From Candidatus Gottesmanbacteria bacterium RIFCSPLOWO2_01_FULL_43_11b (GTDB lineage Bacteria; Patescibacteriota; Microgenomatia; UBA10105; UBA927), in NCBI GenBank assembly GCA_001780985.1, contig MFJV01000001.1, positions 913,609 through 977,608 of the forward strand: 64,000 nucleotides of DNA. Direction: 5' to 3'. The position numbers were made by a program, and so were the translations under genes. The notes beneath the pieces were generated by a model, which saw nothing but the letters and a program-made list of their open reading frames with translations, did not search any database and was not told the DNA's origin. This document shows positions 20,993-30,291 of this stretch, piece by piece. How positions within the stretch are numbered: the stretch's first letter is position 1; each line of letters starts with the position of its first letter.

Positions 20993-21068
20993 TCCCGACG
21001 TGGCGTACCTGCCTGCCGGCAGGCAGGTCTGTTCCACATCGGATGTGGAAATAGCTTTGCACATCGGG
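20993..21068. repeat. Composite REP-like palindromic element: CCCGAYGTG...TTCCACATCGGATGTGGAA carrying a nested ACCTGCCTGCCGGCAGGCAGGT palindrome
   Basis: Perfect 22-nt palindrome at 21007-21028; 19-nt palindrome at 21032-21050; outer inverted repeat CCCGACGTG/CACATCGGG; homologous element at 25600. Confidence 0.85.
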
Positions 21069-21087
21069 TATTTTACCTCAGTAAAAC

Positions 21088-21116
21088 TTGACAACTTTAA
21101 GTACCAAGAGTACTAT
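21088..21116 (+). promoter_or_regulatory. sigma70-like leaderless promoter
   Basis: TTGACA-17-TACTAT-cgtcgcc-ATG. Confidence 0.7.
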
Positions 21117-21123
21117 CGTCGCC

Positions 21124-21540
21124 ATGAAACGAGAAATTGATCCATTGCATCATACATTTTTCAAATCCCGTTTATCTTCTTACAAATCTCCACTTCCTCG
21201 ACAAAATCTCTTATTTAATGTAAGAAGTTATCATTCGGGAGAAATGAGGATTTCCCCAGAAAAAAGTAGTACTAATAAAGTGCTTATTGTACGGATGGAA
21301 GAAGTTGAATATTTAGAATCAAAATTTCAAATCTCACCTTATATAATTACTGATCCGTATCTACAAGTAAGATTAGAAACATCTCCTAATGAGTTACTAG
21401 TAGGGCAAAAACCCAGACCATCTGGGTATTTTGAGGATACTGAAGAACATAGAAAGTTGCTTGCTGATGGAAATTTTCAGGAAGAGCAACCTCGACTTAT
21501 TCTACTTTTTCACACAAGTCTTCGTCAAACACTTGAATAG
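21124..21540 (+). CDS. Hypothetical protein, paralog of 21937..22320
   Basis: Shared MKRE.DP...TFFKS, VRSYH.G, EV.YL..K, ITDP..QV, DTE..R motifs. Confidence 0.75.
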   Translation: MKREIDPLHHTFFKSRLSSYKSPLPRQNLLFNVRSYHSGEMRISPEKSSTNKVLIVRMEEVEYLESKFQISPYIITDPYLQVRLETSPNELLVGQKPRPSGYFEDTEEHRKLLADGNFQEEQPRLILLFHTSLRQTLE

Positions 21541-21569
21541 TTGACTATTCCGACATATTTATTTAAGAT
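21541..21569 (+). promoter_or_regulatory. sigma70-like promoter
   Basis: TTGACT-17-TAAGAT, 9 nt to ATG. Confidence 0.55.
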
Positions 21570-21578
21570 CGGCCTATT

Positions 21579-21893
21579 ATGACAACCAGAATTGAGGCAA
21601 ACGGGGAAACATTGATCATCCACAATAAGTATAAAAGAACTATTTTGGGTAAGACTGATCCGTTTCTATTTGTTTGGACGAGAGACATGAAGACAGGTTT
21701 AAAGTCGCTCTTCGGAGCAAGTTTTAGAAAAAAAGATAATGATTATACCGTGATAATGGATGGAAATACTCTGACACCTACGGAAATAGAAGATGCAGTT
21801 ACGTTCACAATTGGCGGCAAAAAGTTGGAAATTTTAGACGAAACAAAAAAACCAATCTACACCGCCTTCTGGTCGGAAACCGGTCTTGGTTAA
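21579..21893 (+). CDS. Hypothetical protein (104 aa)
   Basis: ORF with its own promoter; no motif recognised. Confidence 0.65.
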   Translation: MTTRIEANGETLIIHNKYKRTILGKTDPFLFVWTRDMKTGLKSLFGASFRKKDNDYTVIMDGNTLTPTEIEDAVTFTIGGKKLEILDETKKPIYTAFWSETGLG

Positions 21894-21899
21894 TGATAT

Positions 21900-21929
21900 T
21901 TGACAAACCATAAGAAAAGAGCGTAGTAT
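21900..21929 (+). promoter_or_regulatory. sigma70-like leaderless promoter
   Basis: TTGACA-18-TAGTAT-tagcgcc-ATG. Confidence 0.65.
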
Positions 21930-21936
21930 TAGCGCC

Positions 21937-22320
21937 ATGAAACGAGAGTTTGATCCAACACAACAGACCTTTTTTAAATCTCCTCGGCCCCATACCGGAC
22001 TTCTTTCTCGCGTTCGTTCATATCACCCCGGAGTGTATAACATGGAAGGTCATCCACCATTAAAGATTCTTGTTCTCGGCGCAGCAGAAGTAAAGTATCT
22101 CAAAGAAAAGGTCGGAACAATCCCAGTAACTGAGATCACTGATCCAAACACGCAAGTATGGTTTAAGAACCGTCGGGACGAGGGGACTACGACACTTTCT
22201 GAGAAACCGATTGGATTCGTTCAGGACACAGAAGGTGCGAGAATGGATTTAAAAAAAGGCAAGTTTAAGGAAAAAAAACCGGAACTTTCTTTGGTTCCTG
22301 ACAAAAACTTCAATTACTAA
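21937..22320 (+). CDS. Hypothetical protein, paralog of 21124..21540
   Basis: End-to-end similarity to 21124..21540. Confidence 0.75.
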   Translation: MKREFDPTQQTFFKSPRPHTGLLSRVRSYHPGVYNMEGHPPLKILVLGAAEVKYLKEKVGTIPVTEITDPNTQVWFKNRRDEGTTTLSEKPIGFVQDTEGARMDLKKGKFKEKKPELSLVPDKNFNY

Positions 22321-22391
22321 CCTACGGGTAGCGTGTAATCTTCGAATCTAACTCAACCTATAGTTTCGTGAAACATGCTTTGTGAAACCCC

Positions 22392-22444
22392 TTGACAAAC
22401 CGTGAAAAATGGGTAACTATGGATATTAGTGGGAATAAGTGGTA
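22392..22444 (+). promoter_or_regulatory. dcw/mraZ promoter with MraZ operator (four TGGNN boxes at 10-nt period)
   Basis: TTGACA at 22392; TGGGT/TGGAT/TGGGA/TGGTA at 22410, 22420, 22430, 22440. Confidence 0.75.
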
Positions 22445-22454
22445 GACTTCGGGC

Positions 22455-22859
22455 ATGAAGTTATTCCTTGGGGAATACGACCATAGCTTGGATGATCGGG
22501 GCCGCGTAACGCTCCCAAGAAAAATTAGGGCAGAGATAGAAGAACGGGAACTGATACTTGCCAAAGGATTTGATCCGTGCATATTTGGCTTTGACAAAAC
22601 AAGTTGGGAGAAGGAAGCGGCAAAGCACCTTGAAAGTCCGGTAACCGACGAGGGAGGAAGAAAGTTACGACGGTATCTTTTTTCCTCGGCCGAGAAAGTT
22701 GAAATTGATAAGCTTGGTCGTATTCTACTGCCTGCCCAGCTCAAGGAATACGCTTCGATAGGAAAAGATGTTGTTGTGATCGGTGCCGGAGACCATTTTG
22801 AAATATGGGATAAGGCCCGTTGGGAGGAATATGAAGCCGCACATACCGGTACTTCTTAA
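22455..22859 (+). CDS. mraZ: Transcriptional regulator MraZ
   Basis: F.GEY.HSLD.RGR..LP; D..GRILLP; GAGDHFEIW. Confidence 0.95.
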   Translation: MKLFLGEYDHSLDDRGRVTLPRKIRAEIEERELILAKGFDPCIFGFDKTSWEKEAAKHLESPVTDEGGRKLRRYLFSSAEKVEIDKLGRILLPAQLKEYASIGKDVVVIGAGDHFEIWDKARWEEYEAAHTGTS

Positions 22860-23628
22860 CCAGGTTATAGCAGGCCTCCAGGTAGCAGCTGGAAAGCGCT
22901 ATATAGATGCGACCTTTGGGGGCGGAGGGCATGCAAGGGAAATAGAAAGACGAGGAGGAAAGGTTTTAGGAATAGATACGGATCCAGATACCGATGCGGT
23001 ACACGGAAATTTTAGAGACATTAAAAAAATTGCGCAAGAGAATGGATTTAGTAAGGTGAGCGGGATTTTGTTTGATTTGGGAGTATCGAGTCACCAGCTT
23101 GATACACCAGAGAGAGGATTCAGTTATCGGTTTACCAACGCTCCTTTGGATTTACGCATGGATCAATCGAAAGGAGAAACGGCTGCCCAGCTGATAAACC
23201 GGTTACCTGAGAGTGAACTGTATGACATTTTTGTTCGATATGCTGAAGAGGAGTTGGCTCGGCCAATTGCTCACGCTATTTATCGCGCCCGTGCCGTAAA
23301 ACCAATTGAAACAACAGGAGACTTGGTAAAAATTATTGGAAACAGACCGGGAGTGTTATCAAGAATATTTCAGGCGTTACGGATTGCAGTCAATGACGAG
23401 TTCGGAGCATTAAAAGAAGGATTAGCCGGAGCGGAAGAATTGTTAGAACAGGAAGGAAGACTTGTTGTTCTTACGTTTCATTCGCTTGAGGATAGGATTG
23501 TAAAAAAGTTTTTGGAAAGAAGCGGATTTAGACGCATTACCAAAAAACCAATCGTTGCGACACAAGAGGAAAAAGAGCTCAATCCGAGAGCTCGAAGCGC
23601 AAAACTTCGGATAGGTGAAAAACTATGA
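22831..23628 (+). CDS. rsmH: 16S rRNA m4C1402 methyltransferase
   Basis: HIPVLL, DATFGGGGH, DLGVSSHQ, FHSLEDR, NPRARSAKLR. Confidence 0.95.
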   Translation: MKPHIPVLLNQVIAGLQVAAGKRYIDATFGGGGHAREIERRGGKVLGIDTDPDTDAVHGNFRDIKKIAQENGFSKVSGILFDLGVSSHQLDTPERGFSYRFTNAPLDLRMDQSKGETAAQLINRLPESELYDIFVRYAEEELARPIAHAIYRARAVKPIETTGDLVKIIGNRPGVLSRIFQALRIAVNDEFGALKEGLAGAEELLEQEGRLVVLTFHSLEDRIVKKFLERSGFRRITKKPIVATQEEKELNPRARSAKLRIGEKL

Positions 23629-23903
23629 TTCGATTTCTTCCAATAGTAGCAATTGTTTTCCTGATTATTGAAGTTATTTTTATTAATCAGCTCGCCGGAA
23701 TGGGTGAGAAGGTATCAGCATATGACGTTGCGATTGATAAACTTCAGGAAGAAAATGCTCTCCTTGAGCAGGCAGTTGCTTCAGCCTCATCGCTCCTTTT
23801 AATTGAACAGAAAGCCAAAGAATACGGGTTTACTGAAAGTCATCCCACATCCTACATTCATCTTGACGACGAGCTGCCTCTTGCACTCAAGGAAAGCCAG
23901 TAG
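23625..23903 (+). CDS. Putative cell division protein FtsL
   Basis: TM plus coiled coil, IEQKAKEYG; position between rsmH and ftsI. Confidence 0.65.
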   Translation: MIRFLPIVAIVFLIIEVIFINQLAGMGEKVSAYDVAIDKLQEENALLEQAVASASSLLLIEQKAKEYGFTESHPTSYIHLDDELPLALKESQ

Positions 23904-23915
23904 TACGGTTAAGAA

Positions 23916-25595
23916 ATGCGAATGTGGCGCATTTGGTTTATCTTCTGGATATTCGGAATAGGGTTTTCTCTTGTCGGATTACGCCTGTTTTACTGGTCAA
24001 TTCTTGCCGGTGAAAGCTTACGGCAGGAAGCATCGAGCCAATACCTCATTGAATTTCAGCTTCCCTCCTCCCGTGGATCAATTTCCGATCAAAAAAATAA
24101 CAACTTGGCTTTGAGTCAGCCTGCCTTTCTGGTATACGCCCAACCAAAACTCATAAAAGACATAAGAAATTTTGCCTCAAAAGTTGCAGGCATTCTTTTC
24201 ATTGATGAAGAAAGTGTAGTTGCTGATCTCAATGTCGAGAATCGATTCTGGGTACCTCTAGCTCATAAAATTGAGCAACCGGTTGTCGAAAAACTGAAAG
24301 AGTTAAACCTTGAGGGGCTTGGATTTGAAAAAGAAGCGAAACGGTACTATCCGGAAGCCTCCATGGCAGCACAGCTATTGGGATTTGTGGGTCTGGATGA
24401 GCAGGGGAATGATACAGGGTATTTTGGTTTGGAAGGATTCTATGAGCGGGAACTCCGCGGAAAACCGGGCGCTCTCCAACGGGAAAAAGATGCCAAAGGA
24501 AACCCGATTTTAATAGGTGAAGCACTTCGGGTTGAACCTGAACACGGGAGATCCCTCGTTTTATGGATGGATAGATCCATTCAGCGCATGGTGGAAAAGA
24601 GACTTCTTGAGGGAATTGAAAAATACGGAGCAAAAGAAGGATCAGTCGTGATTATGGATCCAAAAACCGGAGGAATAGTTGCTATGGCATCAACACCAAG
24701 CTATGACCCGATTTCCTATAACACTTACCCAAGTGAACTTTTCAAAAATCCCGTTGTTTCAGGAAGTTACGAGCCGGGAAGTACGTTTAAAGTATTGATT
24801 ATGAGTGCAGCACTTGAAGAAAAACTTGTAACGCCAACGACAACGATGGAGGAAGGCGGACCGACACGCGTCGGCGAATATCTTATTAAAACCTGGAATG
24901 AGCAGTATAGCGGCACAATTTCTATGACAAAGGTTTTAGAGAAATCCAGCAACGTCGGTATGGTTTTTGTAGGACAGAAACTGGGAACTGAGAAAATGTT
25001 GGGATTTCTCAAGCGCTTTGGCATTGGAGAGGTCACGGGAATCGACTTGGAGGAAGAAATTTCACCCGAACTTCGGCAAGAGAAAGAGTGGAGGGATATT
25101 GATCTCGCCACAGCCTCTTTCGGCCAGGGAATAGCAGTCACACCCATTCAGATGCTTCGTGCTGTAGGGGCTTTGGCAAATGACGGATGGCTTATGGAAC
25201 CCCACGTGGTCAAAGAAATTGTTGACACCAAGGGAAAATCAGTTGAAATAAAGCCAAAGAAAGTCCGTCAGGTGATCTCCGCAGCAACAGCCAGAATCAT
25301 TTCTGAAATGATGATTGCAGCAGTTGATAACGGGGAGGCAAAGTGGGCAAAGCCAAAGGGGTATAGGATAGCAGGGAAAACAGGAACAGCGCAGATTCCA
25401 GTCGCCGGCCACTACGATGATAAGAAAACAATTGCATCATTTGTCGGATTTGCACCGGCAGATGACCCGAAATTCGTCATGCTCGTTACCCTTCGTGAGC
25501 CACAGAGCTCTCCCTGGGGTTCAGAAACAGCAGCGCCACTGTTTTTTACCCTTGCAAGAGATATATTCACCTACTGGGGCATTTCACCGCAGTAG
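23916..25595 (+). CDS. ftsI: Class B penicillin-binding protein (FtsI/PBP3)
   Basis: RG.I.D, EPGSTFK (SxxK), SSN, KTGTAQ. Confidence 0.92.
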   Translation: MRMWRIWFIFWIFGIGFSLVGLRLFYWSILAGESLRQEASSQYLIEFQLPSSRGSISDQKNNNLALSQPAFLVYAQPKLIKDIRNFASKVAGILFIDEESVVADLNVENRFWVPLAHKIEQPVVEKLKELNLEGLGFEKEAKRYYPEASMAAQLLGFVGLDEQGNDTGYFGLEGFYERELRGKPGALQREKDAKGNPILIGEALRVEPEHGRSLVLWMDRSIQRMVEKRLLEGIEKYGAKEGSVVIMDPKTGGIVAMASTPSYDPISYNTYPSELFKNPVVSGSYEPGSTFKVLIMSAALEEKLVTPTTTMEEGGPTRVGEYLIKTWNEQYSGTISMTKVLEKSSNVGMVFVGQKLGTEKMLGFLKRFGIGEVTGIDLEEEISPELRQEKEWRDIDLATASFGQGIAVTPIQMLRAVGALANDGWLMEPHVVKEIVDTKGKSVEIKPKKVRQVISAATARIISEMMIAAVDNGEAKWAKPKGYRIAGKTGTAQIPVAGHYDDKKTIASFVGFAPADDPKFVMLVTLREPQSSPWGSETAAPLFFTLARDIFTYWGISPQ

Positions 25596-25599
25596 AATT

Positions 25600-25637
25600 T
25601 CCCGATGTGGCATACCTGTTCCACATCGGATGTGGAA
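25600..25637. repeat. REP-like element TCCCGATGTGGCATACCTGTTCCACATCGGATGTGGAA (version of the 20993 element without the nested insert)
   Basis: Aligns with 20993-21050 once 20 nt are removed from that copy. Confidence 0.85.
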
Positions 25638-25641
25638 TTTA

Positions 25642-25932
25642 TTAACGACTTTCCTTTACTTTTACCTCAAAACAGGATGATTTATTTAGAGTTATGATCG
25701 TATCGTGAGAAGTTATTTTTTCCACGAAATCACCACTAGCAATACCTTCAGTATTAACCCCACTACAGACACTTGGTGCTAACTGACAACGCAAACAGGT
25801 ATTAAAAGCTTCAGCGGCTCTTAACCTTTTCGCGCTAACCCTGAAAAAAGAGCTATCATCAAGTTTGTGAAAGGAAGCTCCACTGAATTCATTTAACTTG
25901 TGCGATCGTATTATTAGTTTTTCTATAATCAT
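25642..25932 (-). CDS. Hypothetical protein (96 aa) inserted antisense in the dcw cluster
   Basis: Own promoter TTGACA-17-TATACT (25988-25960, minus strand) and GGAG SD; CxxC...C. Confidence 0.55.
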   Translation of the reverse strand: MIIEKLIIRSHKLNEFSGASFHKLDDSSFFRVSAKRLRAAEAFNTCLRCQLAPSVCSGVNTEGIASGDFVEKITSHDTIITLNKSSCFEVKVKESR

Positions 25933-26037
25933 AAACTCTCCAAGCAAATATAGTGAGGAAGTATAGTAGGAGAGAGAGGAATTGTCAAGCCTATAGTGTT
26001 TTTTGGTTAAATTGGGGCTTATTGGTATAATAAACAC

Positions 26038-27195
26038 ATGCTCAGAAGCCTCAAGGGGCTATATCACCTTCTCGTTGCTGTACTTGCCAATATTTGGTTC
26101 GGTTTCCCCAGCCGCAGGCTTACCGTCATAGGTATAACAGGTACGGATGGCAAAACTACGACAACCACACTTATCTACGAAATTCTCAAAGCAGCAGGAT
26201 ACAAAGCCTCAATGATCACATCAGTTCATGCAGTGATTGCCGGAAAAAAGTATGATACAGGCTTCCATGTGACTACTCCGAATGCCTTTTGGGTTCAAAA
26301 ATACCTCCGGGAGGCAGTAAATGGTGGAGATACGCACATGGTTCTTGAAGTAACCTCACACGGACTGTCTCAATTCAGGGTCTTTGGAGTCAAATTTGCC
26401 GTTGGAGTCATTACAAACGTGACCCACGAGCACCTGGATTGGCACGGGACATTTGAACAGTACCTAAAAACTAAACTCTCTCTTCTTAAACGTGCAAAAA
26501 TTGCTGTCATTAATCGGGACGAACTCTCTTATCGCCCAAGGAATAAATACATAACATACGGCATTGTTCGTGAGGCGAGCGTAACGCCCAAAACATATCC
26601 TTTCAAAACAAAACTACTCGGTGATTTCAACCGATACAACATTCTTGCTGCCCTTGCCGCAACGTGTGAAGCATTAAGGGTAGATAAGGAGGTCGCGCTT
26701 AGAAGTATGCGAACCTTCCATGGTGTACCTGGGAGGATGGAGGTTGTGGCAACAAAACCATTTCGAGTAATTGTTGACTTTGCCCATACCCCCCATGCCA
26801 TTGACGTAGCACTCAAAGCGACAAAAAAGTTTACAAAAGGGAGAATAATCCATGTTTTTGGGTCAGCCGGTGCAAGAGACAGAACGAAACGCCCGATTAT
26901 GGGAGAAATGTCGGGAAAATATGCAAAAGTCATAGTTTTGACTGAAGAAGATTACCGGAAAGAGAACGTAAATGACATAATGGATGAAATTACAAAAGGA
27001 ATTTCACCAAATATTGACGTACATCGCTATCCAAACCGTCAGGACGCTATAAATTTTGCCATTTCAATCGCAAAACCAGGAGATACAGTGATAGTCACCG
27101 GCAAAGCGCATGAAAAAAGCCTTTGCCGCGGGACAAAAGAATACCCGTGGAGTGAACATGAGGCAATAAAAAAGGCGCTTAAAAAATATACATAA
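26038..27195 (+). CDS. murE: UDP-MurNAc-tripeptide synthetase MurE (lacks N-terminal domain)
   Basis: GITGTDGKTTT, TTP, LEVTSH, EHLD.H, VDFAHTP; TGgTATAAT 6 nt upstream. Confidence 0.88.
   Translation: MLRSLKGLYHLLVAVLANIWFGFPSRRLTVIGITGTDGKTTTTTLIYEILKAAGYKASMITSVHAVIAGKKYDTGFHVTTPNAFWVQKYLREAVNGGDTHMVLEVTSHGLSQFRVFGVKFAVGVITNVTHEHLDWHGTFEQYLKTKLSLLKRAKIAVINRDELSYRPRNKYITYGIVREASVTPKTYPFKTKLLGDFNRYNILAALAATCEALRVDKEVALRSMRTFHGVPGRMEVVATKPFRVIVDFAHTPHAIDVALKATKKFTKGRIIHVFGSAGARDRTKRPIMGEMSGKYAKVIVLTEEDYRKENVNDIMDEITKGISPNIDVHRYPNRQDAINFAISIAKPGDTVIVTGKAHEKSLCRGTKEYPWSEHEAIKKALKKYT
26700..26718. repeat. REP-like TAGAAGTATGCGAACCTTC copy inside murE
   Basis: Identical 19-mer at 45320 and 56653. 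Confidence 0.75.
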
Positions 27196-27196
27196 T

Positions 27197-27931
27197 ATGT
27201 TCAAGGAAACAATACCAGGAGTATTTCAATCGGAACTACTTTCTCAGCAAAAAATTCTACACGGATTCTCGAATCGTTTAATCGGGGACATGCGAATGGT
27301 TGAACCACGACACAAGCTCAAGGAACTACTTGGTCTTTCATCATACAGGTTAGTTGCAGCTGAGCAGGTGCATGGGGATTCCGTCCACACGGTAACGGAA
27401 AATGATCTGGGTAAGACTGTTTCTGGTGTAGACGGATTGGTTTATAGCAGAGAAAAAGTGAATGCAAATGTGGCTTTGGGAATTATCGCTGCCGACTGCG
27501 TACCACTGCTTCTTGTTGACACCCGAGCTAAGGTTATCGGAGCAGCCCACGCGGGATGGAAGGGGACACTTAGTAGAATAACGACGAATACCATAGATGA
27601 AATGAAAAAACTTGGTGCGAACGCGTCAGACATAGTTGCATCCATCGGTCCACATATCGGAATGTGCCATTACAATGTACCGACGGAGCGCGCGAGAAGA
27701 TTTCAAGAAGCGTTTAATTATGATCAAAAAGCAGTTACTTTTTTTGATAACAGGTGGCATGTTGATATCGGTTGGGCAAATTACCTGCAACTAATTGCAG
27801 CTGGTATTCCTCCGGAGCACATCGATGCTCCGCCAACATGTACGGCATGCCAAATAGACAATTTCTTTTCCTTTAGAAGGGATACTGCGGAAACCTACGG
27901 AGAAATTATGGGAGTAATAGGATTTATATGA
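27197..27931 (+). CDS. pgeF: Peptidoglycan editing factor / laccase-domain protein (YfiH)
   Basis: QVHG, ADCVP, HAGWKG, IGP.I..C, CT.C..FFSFRR. Confidence 0.92.
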   Translation: MFKETIPGVFQSELLSQQKILHGFSNRLIGDMRMVEPRHKLKELLGLSSYRLVAAEQVHGDSVHTVTENDLGKTVSGVDGLVYSREKVNANVALGIIAADCVPLLLVDTRAKVIGAAHAGWKGTLSRITTNTIDEMKKLGANASDIVASIGPHIGMCHYNVPTERARRFQEAFNYDQKAVTFFDNRWHVDIGWANYLQLIAAGIPPEHIDAPPTCTACQIDNFFSFRRDTAETYGEIMGVIGFI

Positions 27932-29292
27932 AACATATTTACTTTGTCGGAATAAAGGGAGTTGGGATGGCAGCTTTGGCCATTTACTGCAAAGAAGCCG
28001 GGATGAAAGTATCCGGATGCGATACAGCCGAAGAATTTCCTACAGATGATGAACTCAAAAAGGCAAATATTCCGGTTGATTTTGGATTTGATCCACAGTT
28101 ATTGAAAAAAGCAGATTTGGTTATTTACACAGGCGCTCATGAAGGCCGTGATAATCCGGTTGTTGTAAAAGCGAGGGAGCGCGGAATAGAAACGCTCCCT
28201 CATGGTAAGGCTTTGGGGATGTTTATGGAGGGTAGTCGTCAGATTACTGTTGCAGGAAGCCATGGAAAAACAACAACTGCTGCTATGATTGCTACAATAT
28301 TAAAATCCGCAGGGAAAGATCCGTCCTATGCAATCGGAGCCGGAGCAATCGGAGAGAGTGCTGCCGGTCATTTTGGAAAAGCAAATATATTTATCGCAGA
28401 AGGGGACGAATATGTTACTGATCATGGACACGACGAAACACCGCGTTTTTTATGGCAAAAACCCGAACTTCTTGTTGTGACCAATATTGATTTTGATCAT
28501 CCTGATGTGTATGCAAATATACGTAATGTGCAAGACGCTTTTGTCAGTCTTCAAGAAAAAAGTTCAACAACAATTATCAACAGAGACGACCATAATAGCC
28601 GAATATTACGCGAAGGAATTTCTTTTGGATTTTCACCACAAGCTGATTTTCGGATTACCCATAGCGGTGTGGGACGGGAACGTATGTTTTTTACCCTTGA
28701 ACAAAAAGGCGTGAAGCTTGGAGAATTTGCACTGAAAGTTCCCGGAGCACATAACGTTTCAAATGCAACAGCAGCTGTTGTTACATGCCAGGCATTGGGG
28801 ATATCGATTGATAAAATTCACAAAGGACTTCTGGATTTTTCCGGAACAAAACGACGATTTGAAAAAACAGGCGAGGCAAATGGAGTGATCTATTACGATG
28901 ATTATGCCCACCATCCAGCAGAAATTAAAGCGACACTGAAAGCAGCGCGGGAGTGGTATCCTGAGAAAAAAATTATTGCCGTTTTTCAGCCGCATACCTA
29001 TTCCCGAACCAAAGCATTACTTCCTGATTTTGCGCGAAGTTTCCAAGATGCTACGATGGTAATACTCACCGATATTTATGCATCAGCACGTGAATCTTAC
29101 TCTCATGGAATAACGGGGAAAACTCTCGTAGAAGAAACACTCAAACATCATGGGTCTGTCCGATACGGAAAAGATTTTTTTGAAGTAGAAAAAATACTCG
29201 AGCGTGAATCAGGAGACATAGTCATTTTCATGGGTGCAGGAGATATATACACATGGGCAAAAAAACTATGGATGAAAAACTCAAAAAGTTAA
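27928..29292 (+). CDS. murC: UDP-MurNAc--L-alanine ligase
   Basis: GIKGVGM, GSHGKTTT, DDYAHHP.E, FQPHTYSRT. Confidence 0.93.
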   Translation: MKHIYFVGIKGVGMAALAIYCKEAGMKVSGCDTAEEFPTDDELKKANIPVDFGFDPQLLKKADLVIYTGAHEGRDNPVVVKARERGIETLPHGKALGMFMEGSRQITVAGSHGKTTTAAMIATILKSAGKDPSYAIGAGAIGESAAGHFGKANIFIAEGDEYVTDHGHDETPRFLWQKPELLVVTNIDFDHPDVYANIRNVQDAFVSLQEKSSTTIINRDDHNSRILREGISFGFSPQADFRITHSGVGRERMFFTLEQKGVKLGEFALKVPGAHNVSNATAAVVTCQALGISIDKIHKGLLDFSGTKRRFEKTGEANGVIYYDDYAHHPAEIKATLKAAREWYPEKKIIAVFQPHTYSRTKALLPDFARSFQDATMVILTDIYASARESYSHGITGKTLVEETLKHHGSVRYGKDFFEVEKILERESGDIVIFMGAGDIYTWAKKLWMKNSKS

Positions 29293-30248
29293 AAAACATT
29301 TTAGGAGAAAAAGCGAAAGAAAACGAACCGCTCGGACGATACACGACGTTAAAAATCGGTGGTCCTGCGGATCTGTTTTTTGATGCAAAAACAATAGATG
29401 AGCTTACGGAAGCAATTACGTCAGCACGAAAATTAGGAATTCCATATTTCATGCTCGGCGGAGGCACGAATATTCTCATAGGCGATCGGGGAATCCGCGG
29501 ACTTGTCATTAAAAATTCGACAGATAGAATCGCAATCGCCGGAGCAAAAGGCAAATTTGAGGGTGGAGAAAACAAAAGTACTGTGTATGTGGAGGCTGAT
29601 AGCGGTGTCATTATGAATAAATTAGTACGTTTCACAATTGAAGAAGGGCTTGGGGGACTTGAAATGCAATTAGGACTTCCCGGAACTGTCGGAGGAGCAA
29701 TGTATATGAATTCAAAATGGACACAACCGGAAGGTTACGTGGGAGACGCTGTATACCAGGCGACGATTCTCAACGGAAAGAATGAGGTGAAAGTTGTTCC
29801 TCGTTCATATTTTCAGTTTGGATACGACAAAAGCATCCTTCAGGAAATTCCGGATGTAGTTTTGAGAGTCGTGTTTATTCTCAAACGCGAGCCAAAGGAA
29901 AAACTATGGGAAGTTGCCAATTCTGTCATGGCATATAGGAGAGGTACACAGCCACAGGGAGTAAAAAGCCCGGGATGTACATTTCGAAACATATCAAAGT
30001 CCGAAGCCATGTCGGTCCCGACTCCTAACCACACAACATCAGCAGGATTTCTCATTGATCACGCGGGACTCAAAGGAACCAGAGTCGGTGATGCTCAAAT
30101 TTCACCGGTTCATGCCAATTTTATTGTAAACCTTGGGAGCTCATCTGCTTCTGACGTGGTAAAATTAATAGAGATTATCAGGGCAAAAGTGAAACAACAA
30201 TTCGGAGTCACGCTCAAAGAAGAAATAGTCCGAGTAGGAGAATTTTAG
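29268..30248 (+). CDS. murB: UDP-N-acetylenolpyruvoylglucosamine reductase
   Basis: TTLKIGGPA, GGGTNIL, PGTVGGA..MN, HANF. Confidence 0.93.
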   Translation: MDEKLKKLKNILGEKAKENEPLGRYTTLKIGGPADLFFDAKTIDELTEAITSARKLGIPYFMLGGGTNILIGDRGIRGLVIKNSTDRIAIAGAKGKFEGGENKSTVYVEADSGVIMNKLVRFTIEEGLGGLEMQLGLPGTVGGAMYMNSKWTQPEGYVGDAVYQATILNGKNEVKVVPRSYFQFGYDKSILQEIPDVVLRVVFILKREPKEKLWEVANSVMAYRRGTQPQGVKSPGCTFRNISKSEAMSVPTPNHTTSAGFLIDHAGLKGTRVGDAQISPVHANFIVNLGSSSASDVVKLIEIIRAKVKQQFGVTLKEEIVRVGEF

Positions 30249-30252
30249 ATAC

Positions 30253-30275
30253 CTTTAAAGGTCGGACCTTTAAAG
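30253..30275. repeat. Palindrome CTTTAAAGGTC-G-GACCTTTAAAG (REP-like)
   Basis: Perfect 11-bp arms around one central base; between murB and ridA. Confidence 0.7.
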
Positions 30276-30291
30276 AGTAAGGAGACGTTTA

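Noticed and set aside
25617-25637. TGTTCCAC...GTGGAA as a parS site, given parB nearby (also GTTTCGTGAAAC near 22363)
   Set aside because: Half-site spacing does not fit the 16-bp TGTTTCACGTGAAACA consensus; better explained as a REP-like palindrome.
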